Shown: positions 35,013-40,243 of the stretch, piece after piece
Layout of the letters: each line of letters opens with the position of its first letter
Position numbering within the stretch: the first letter of the stretch is position 1
Source: Microgenomates group bacterium
Lineage (GTDB): Bacteria; Patescibacteriota; Microgenomatia; PFEM01; JBNASD01
Direction: 5' to 3'
Length of the DNA stretch: 40,243 nt
Assembly: GCA_049720225.1 (NCBI GenBank)
Contig: JBNASD010000005.1
Location: 1 to 40,243 of the forward strand
Translations under genes and position numbers: made by a program
The notes under the pieces: generated by a model
What the model saw: the letters and a program-made list of their open reading frames with translations, nothing else
What the model was told of the DNA's origin: nothing
Databases searched by the model: none

Positions 35013-35669
35013 TTAATATCCAGCCCAACCATTTACTATATACTCTTGAATCTTTCGAGAAAGAACTAAAAGAGAAAAACTTAAATTTTTTAATGAAGTA
35101 TTTATTTCAACTCCCCAGTAAATTCCCAAAAATGAATAAGGAGTGGGAAAAATATCAATTTCTCTTCCTTCGTCATCTTTAATTATACCGATTACTTTTT
35201 CTTTTAAAGGATTACCAAAGGGAATCAAAAGAATTCCTAATGTTTCTCTTTCTAAAAAAGGAGCTTTCATTATCACTTCATTACCAGAAAAGAAAAAATT
35301 CCCTCCGACAACTTTTATTTCTCTATATCCCTCTTTAGGAAAGTCATTATTAACTATCCCTCGAAGAGAAGAAATTATTCTAATAATTTCTTCTTCTAAA
35401 AAAATTTTTTCGGGAGGAAGAGGAACAGTTAACTTACATTCTTCTTCATTCCACCGTAAATTAGCAACCAATGTCTTTCCTCCAAAAAAGCCACGAATTT
35501 TTCTCCCACTAATTACTTGAAATCCTTCGCTATCTGGCGACTTCCCACTATCATCCTTAGGAAACTTTCCATTTAATCCATTTTTAAGTAATTTTTCTGC
35601 TACTTTACTTCCTGCTCCCGCTAATACTTCCAAAGGAAGCCCTCTTTCTATTTCGGGAATTTTATTCAT
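35013..35669 (-). CDS. hypothetical protein
   Basis: 218-aa ORF. No recognisable motif. Confidence 0.5.
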   Translation of the reverse strand: MNKIPEIERGLPLEVLAGAGSKVAEKLLKNGLNGKFPKDDSGKSPDSEGFQVISGRKIRGFFGGKTLVANLRWNEEECKLTVPLPPEKIFLEEEIIRIISSLRGIVNNDFPKEGYREIKVVGGNFFFSGNEVIMKAPFLERETLGILLIPFGNPLKEKVIGIIKDDEGREIDIFPTPYSFLGIYWGVEINTSLKNLSFSLLVLSRKIQEYIVNGWAGY

Positions 35670-35727
35670 TATATTTTAAAATTTTACCATATTTTTTCCC
35701 TTTTTTTATTTTGCTATAATTTTTTTA

Positions 35728-36792
35728 GTGAAAGAGGCACTTTTATATACCAAGCTTCCGAGAAAAAATGTCCGCTGTGGAGTTTGTCAGCGAAGATGTG
35801 TAATCTCTAACGGAAAAATCGGCTACTGTCGCACCCGCCTTAATAAAAATGGCAAACTTTATACCACTATTTATGGTGTTATTTCTTCTTTAAACAACGA
35901 CCCCATTGAAAAAAAACCGGTTTTTCATTTTGCTCCCGGAACTTTTTGCTTATCCGCCGGCACTTTTGGTTGTAATTTTAGATGTTTGTTTTGTCAAAAT
36001 TGGGAAATTTCTTGGGCAGATGGCGTTGAAGAAGGGCAATATGGGCAAAAAATTAGTCCTGAAGAATTAATTAAATTAGCAGAAGAATATCATTCTGCCG
36101 GGATTGCCATTACCTATAATGAACCAGCAATTTGGCTAGAATACTCTTTAGATGTTTTTAAATTAACCCGTAACACAAAACCCGCAACTCGTAACCGACT
36201 ATACACTGTGTGGGTAACCAATGGCTATGCCACTCCCGAAGCAATTGATTTAATAGCTCCGTATTTAGATGTTTATCGAGTTGATCTAAAGTCTTTTGAT
36301 GACCATTTTTATCAAAAATTAATCAATGTTCCTTCGGCTACTCCCATTTTTGAAACTACCGCCTATGTTAAAAAAAAGTACCCAAAAATTCATATTGAGT
36401 GCGTAACAAATATTATTCCTGAATGGAATGATGACCCAAAAATGCTTAAAAAAATTGCCTCCTGGATTGTTAAAAATTTAGGTCCCAAAACCCCCTGGCA
36501 TGTTACCCGATTTTTTCCTTACGCTAAATTAACTAACGTTCCCCCCACCCCTCCCCAAACTTTATTTAAAGCAAGAGAAATTGGTTTGAAGGAAGGATTA
36601 GAGTTCGTTTATATTGGCAACCTTAAAGTCGATAAAGAAGATGATACTTTTTGTCCAAAATGTGGTAGTTTAGTAATTCAGCGGCAGGGATATTATACTC
36701 AAATTTTAGGATTAAATAAGCAGGGAAAATGTTTAAAATGTGGGGAGTTTTTAAATATTCAATTCCCTCTTGACAATGATTTAAAAAAATAA
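35728..36792 (+). CDS. AmmeMemoRadiSam-system-type radical SAM enzyme
   Basis: N-terminal Cys cluster (CGVCQRRC...GYC), CX3CX2C in the CNFRCLFCQNWEIS context typical of this family, and a C-terminal CPKCG...CLKCG. GTG start lies 7 nt after TGcTATAAT. Confidence 0.8.
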   Translation: MKEALLYTKLPRKNVRCGVCQRRCVISNGKIGYCRTRLNKNGKLYTTIYGVISSLNNDPIEKKPVFHFAPGTFCLSAGTFGCNFRCLFCQNWEISWADGVEEGQYGQKISPEELIKLAEEYHSAGIAITYNEPAIWLEYSLDVFKLTRNTKPATRNRLYTVWVTNGYATPEAIDLIAPYLDVYRVDLKSFDDHFYQKLINVPSATPIFETTAYVKKKYPKIHIECVTNIIPEWNDDPKMLKKIASWIVKNLGPKTPWHVTRFFPYAKLTNVPPTPPQTLFKAREIGLKEGLEFVYIGNLKVDKEDDTFCPKCGSLVIQRQGYYTQILGLNKQGKCLKCGEFLNIQFPLDNDLKK

Positions 36793-36810
36793 TTAAACTA
36801 AGATATATAA

Positions 36811-37248
36811 ATGGTTAAGAATCAAAAAATAATTTTAATTCTTGCAGGACTTATTTTATTAATAGTTTTAGTTAGTGGATTTTTTTACTTTAAAAGCAAA
36901 AAAGAGAATCTTCCATCAGCCCCATCCTCACAAACTCCAATAGTTAATCCCACCACTATTCCCACTCTCACTGAAGAACAAAAAGAAATCATTGCCAATA
37001 TTACTACTCATACCGTAAAAATTGAAAATGGAAAATTAAATCCGGAAACAATTACTATTAAAGTTCATGATCAAGTATCTTGGGTAAATAACGATAAAGA
37101 AGTCTACCAAATAAAAGGAGAGGATTGGGGAAATGTTCCTATTAATCCAGGAGAAAATTTTACCCAAGCATTTGATAAACCAGGAACTTTCTCTTATACC
37201 TGCGCTCTTCATCCTCAAATAAAAGGTACAGTAATCGTAAAGGAGTAA
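36811..37248 (+). CDS. membrane-anchored cupredoxin-like protein
   Basis: N-terminal TM, then a beta-rich domain ending in FSYTCALHPQIKGTVIV (C-x2-H copper-site-like motif). No Met sits at the usual axial position. Confidence 0.65.
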   Translation: MVKNQKIILILAGLILLIVLVSGFFYFKSKKENLPSAPSSQTPIVNPTTIPTLTEEQKEIIANITTHTVKIENGKLNPETITIKVHDQVSWVNNDKEVYQIKGEDWGNVPINPGENFTQAFDKPGTFSYTCALHPQIKGTVIVKE

Positions 37249-37274
37249 AAAAGAGTAACTTTTAAAATTAAAAA

Positions 37275-40243
37275 ATGGAAAAAAGAAAACGAAACCAAAT
37301 TTTTTTAATTTTATTAACCTCATTTCTTTTTTTCTCCCTTTTCTTTTCTTTAAAACTTATTAAATCACCAGTAAAATTAGAGAAAAAAGCAGAAGAAACT
37401 CCTCCTTCAAGTTTTCCTATTGTTCAAAAATTTACTCCTCCCCCTATTAATCATGTTTATCAAATAATTGCCCACGGATTTCATAATTTTATCGGTAATA
37501 CCAAAAATAGTTTAAGAATTGGGATAAATGGAGGAATATACGATCCTACCTTTATTAGTTTTGTTAACCAAAAAATTTGTGATATTAGTAATGGCCTTGA
37601 AGGAGAAGAATCATTACCTTGTAATGTTAAACAGGAAGGTGGGATTCAAATTGTACGTCTTTCAGGACAAGTAGGTTTAGTAGTTGCTGATTGTCCCCCT
37701 CCTCCTACCTCATCTGTTACCCCTACACCTACACCTATAACGTGTGATTGTAATTTTGGAAGAAATTTTGAAACAATAAACGGAAAATTAATCGCTAAAT
37801 ACCCAAATAGAAGAACTACCTGGGATAAGTGGATTAATTTAATTAAACAAATCAGAGAACAAACTAACGCTGATATTTTTGTTTCAATTGATTTTCCTGA
37901 GCCGTGTGAAAGTAATACCTCAACCACTCCAATTACAGAAAATGATTTAAAATATTTCACCGCTTTAATAGAAACTGCTTTTATAAAACTGAGAGAAAAT
38001 AATTTACCTACTAATTCAATAAAATATTGGAATCCTTTTAATGAACCTGGTGTAGGGAGATTAAATCAAGTAGCTAGTGACGGACAATATCTTATTTCTA
38101 TTGCCACCCACAACACAGCAACAATTGTTAAGCAATATTGTCCTGATTGTAAAATTGTTCTTGGTGGCCCTCCTTCAATTCCTTTTGATTTTTGGAATCC
38201 CTCATCTAATGGTCAACGAAGAACAATGGAAAGCTTTTTTAGTAAGTTTTTTAACGAATTAAAATCAAAAAACACTCCATTTGAAGCTTTTGATTTACAT
38301 TGGCATCATCAGTGTTTAACTTATCCGGAATTATTGAGTCATCATCGAATAGTGGATTATTTAAATTGGTATAAAAACCTCGCTATAAATGTTTTTGGAG
38401 CTAATGTTATCAACAATAAAGAATTTTTAATCTCAGAAAACAGTGAAATAGTATTAGAACAAGTTCCTGACTCCCGATGTTCTTCACCATCAGTAACTCC
38501 TACCCCTACTGCTACTCCAGTTATAAAAGATGTATGCGGAACTCCTATTACCCAACTTGTTCCTCAAAAAACTCAAGCCGAAGAATTAATTAAAAGACTT
38601 CTTATTGCCCTTGGAGGCGGAATCAAAAAAATTAGTTATAATTCAGCGTTAGTTGAAGATTTATATGGGGGCTCATGGTGCAATTATTGGAGTCATGTAG
38701 CAATTTTAGATTACAACGGCAACGAAAGGCTTTCTTTTAAAGGTTTAGAAATTTTGGCAGAAAAAATTTATGGAGCTACTAATATCCAGTGGAATAATTT
38801 TAACAGAAATCCTTCGGAAAACTTAGAAATAATTAGATTTTATTATGATAATGACAATCAAAATCCAGGAACTGTTGTCTTTTGGACAAGAGATGGTCAA
38901 CCTGTGACTATTAATAATCCCCAATCATACTTAGGATTAGGAAACAATGAAAGTTATCTTCTTAATAATATCGAAAATAACCAGTGGAGAAAATCATTTA
39001 TTAACAATTCTTCCTTAACCGCAAATTATTCTCCAATTTTTATTAGCAAAGCCATTAATTGTACTTCTTTAAACATTAATTTCACTTCTAACCAAAATTT
39101 TACTTTAGATCCAAACAATATTCCCACCTTAACTTTAACCAAAAATCAAAATCAACAAGTTAATTTAAATGTTTCTGTATCATCATCTGAAAGAAAAATT
39201 AGAAAAATTTCTTTAAGAATTAAAACCGCAAATAATCCCAATTGTGTTATTGACTCTAGCTCATTAGTAGCTACTTGGATTTCTCCTTCTTTGGTAAAAG
39301 AAATAAATGGAAGTTTAAACCTTAATATCTTAACTAGTAAGGAAGAAGGGGAATATTATCTTTTTCCCGTCGTAAGTGATGATGTAGTTGCATGCAGCGG
39401 TGACCCGAGCGCTAATTCGGTTAACTCTTTCTGCACTGCCAGAAGAGGAAAAATAGAAAATAAAATAATAAAAGTAAAAATTGTCTCTCCAACAGTCACA
39501 CCTACTAATACTCCCACACCTACACCTACTAATACTCCCACTCCCACGCCTACTCCAACTAATACACCTACACCAACAGCTACGCCAACTACTTCACCAG
39601 GAACAACTTGTCCTCAGTGTCTTCCTCTTAATAAAATCTCTTATGAAGACAGCTTAAGAAGTGATGGAAAGTTTAATAAGTATATTAGTTGGAATTACGC
39701 TGATTATGCTGATGGTTTTAAAATTTTCCTCTGTTCTACTACTCAAGATGTTTGTTCTCCTCAATATTTAACTTCGGTAGACAATATGACATTTTTTTAT
39801 GTTGCCAACAACAATAATCAGGGATTTGCTCCGGGAACTAAAGTTTTTTTTGAAATTCGTCCTTTTAAAAACGGTTGTCAAGAGTTAGATTGTGAGGATA
39901 TTCTTAATAATTTCCCTACTAGCGCTCCCACACCTACTCCTTCCCCCATTCCTTCTTATCTTACCCTAGAATTTACTAACGGTACGGTAGAAAGAGAAGT
40001 CCAAACTTATTACCAAGATAGCTGGTATTTTGGAGGAAATCAACTTATCAAAATTCCTCAAGGTTATAGCGGAACGATAGTTAAAATTGCCGTTCAAGTT
40101 AATCATTATGGTGATAATGTCTTAACCGTTAAATTTACAGAAAAAACCGCTACCACTAAAAATTACAATCCTCAGGAAAGAACAACTACTGTTTTAGGAA
40201 CCAAAACTAATCGTTGGGTAGAATTTGAATTTAATTATCCAGT
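37275..40243 (+). CDS. large modular secreted protein, family member 3 (partial, runs off the window)
   Basis: Manual translation is open for 989 codons from the ATG at 37275. It is not in the ORF track because it has no stop. Signal peptide IFLILLTSFLFFSLFFSL. Clan GH-A-like motifs are WNPFNEPG and FLISENS. Three PT linkers. The FN3-like module SLRSDGKFNKYISWNYADYADGFKIF...FEIRPFKNGCQELDC is paralogous to VLRSDGKYNKLLTWNDVNEEEGYRIY...YEIRPFKSNCPILDC in member 1. Confidence 0.8.
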   Translation, partial: MEKRKRNQIFLILLTSFLFFSLFFSLKLIKSPVKLEKKAEETPPSSFPIVQKFTPPPINHVYQIIAHGFHNFIGNTKNSLRIGINGGIYDPTFISFVNQKICDISNGLEGEESLPCNVKQEGGIQIVRLSGQVGLVVADCPPPPTSSVTPTPTPITCDCNFGRNFETINGKLIAKYPNRRTTWDKWINLIKQIREQTNADIFVSIDFPEPCESNTSTTPITENDLKYFTALIETAFIKLRENNLPTNSIKYWNPFNEPGVGRLNQVASDGQYLISIATHNTATIVKQYCPDCKIVLGGPPSIPFDFWNPSSNGQRRTMESFFSKFFNELKSKNTPFEAFDLHWHHQCLTYPELLSHHRIVDYLNWYKNLAINVFGANVINNKEFLISENSEIVLEQVPDSRCSSPSVTPTPTATPVIKDVCGTPITQLVPQKTQAEELIKRLLIALGGGIKKISYNSALVEDLYGGSWCNYWSHVAILDYNGNERLSFKGLEILAEKIYGATNIQWNNFNRNPSENLEIIRFYYDNDNQNPGTVVFWTRDGQPVTINNPQSYLGLGNNESYLLNNIENNQWRKSFINNSSLTANYSPIFISKAINCTSLNINFTSNQNFTLDPNNIPTLTLTKNQNQQVNLNVSVSSSERKIRKISLRIKTANNPNCVIDSSSLVATWISPSLVKEINGSLNLNILTSKEEGEYYLFPVVSDDVVACSGDPSANSVNSFCTARRGKIENKIIKVKIVSPTVTPTNTPTPTPTNTPTPTPTPTNTPTPTATPTTSPGTTCPQCLPLNKISYEDSLRSDGKFNKYISWNYADYADGFKIFLCSTTQDVCSPQYLTSVDNMTFFYVANNNNQGFAPGTKVFFEIRPFKNGCQELDCEDILNNFPTSAPTPTPSPIPSYLTLEFTNGTVEREVQTYYQDSWYFGGNQLIKIPQGYSGTIVKIAVQVNHYGDNVLTVKFTEKTATTKNYNPQERTTTVLGTKTNRWVEFEFNYP

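Noticed and set aside
1-40243. Alternative genetic code (UGA recoded, as in Gracilibacteria/Absconditabacteria)
   Set aside because: TGA terminates several well-defined genes at the expected lengths: secE, the 3765..4286 ORF, the LPATG protein, the HTH gene and the DUF4340-like gene. Core genes have no internal TGA. The code is standard code 11.
1-40243. CRISPR arrays, rRNA, tRNA, transposases or integrases
   Set aside because: No regularly spaced direct repeats, cloverleaf-like GC-rich segments or recombinase motifs were found on either strand, including the 1649..1747 region upstream of secE where a tRNA often sits.

Overview
AT-rich bacterial chromosomal window. The gene style suggests a Patescibacteria/CPR (Microgenomates-like) organism: compact genes, ATGA start/stop overlaps, many Pro/Thr-linker secreted proteins, and standard stop codons including TGA. 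This taxonomic placement is inference only.

Core content:
- secE-nusG-rplK-rplA and rplJ-rplL
- glnA
- an mreB-mreC-mreD-mrdA rod-shape operon
- an L,D-transpeptidase, a Wzy/O-antigen-ligase-like TPR membrane protein and a GT2 glycosyltransferase
- a GldA/GldF-GldG-type ABC transporter with LamG, SIMPL and DUF4340-like neighbours
- a DUF2419/Qng1-like queuosine salvage protein, an AmmeMemoRadiSam-type radical SAM enzyme and a cupredoxin

Accessory content of most interest:
1. An unannotated 36-aa Lys-rich peptide ending in GGSDQCC lies directly upstream of an RRE-radical SAM/SPASM enzyme and an overlapping SAM methyltransferase. This candidate RiPP-type cassette sits after rplL, where rpoBC is normally found.
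2. A dedicated sortase is paired with a 22-Cys LPATG surface protein, inserted between rplA and rplJ.
3. Three large modular secreted proteins form a family. They have Cys-rich modules, FN3-like modules and PT linkers, and the two complete members share a C-terminal domain ending in WEELIP. Two members share a 230-bp near-identical block. One has its signal anchor cut off by a single in-frame TAA.
4. A 38-nt element with inverted TTGACA/TGTCAA ends occurs three times: in frame inside mrdA, in frame inside the Wzy-like gene, and once between genes.
5. A canonical AAATTTA slippery heptamer links a small ORF to a start-less downstream ORF.
6. Operon-first genes recurrently have a -10 box only 7-13 nt from the start codon and no Shine-Dalgarno sequence.

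No rRNA, tRNA, CRISPR array, transposase or integrase could be supported.
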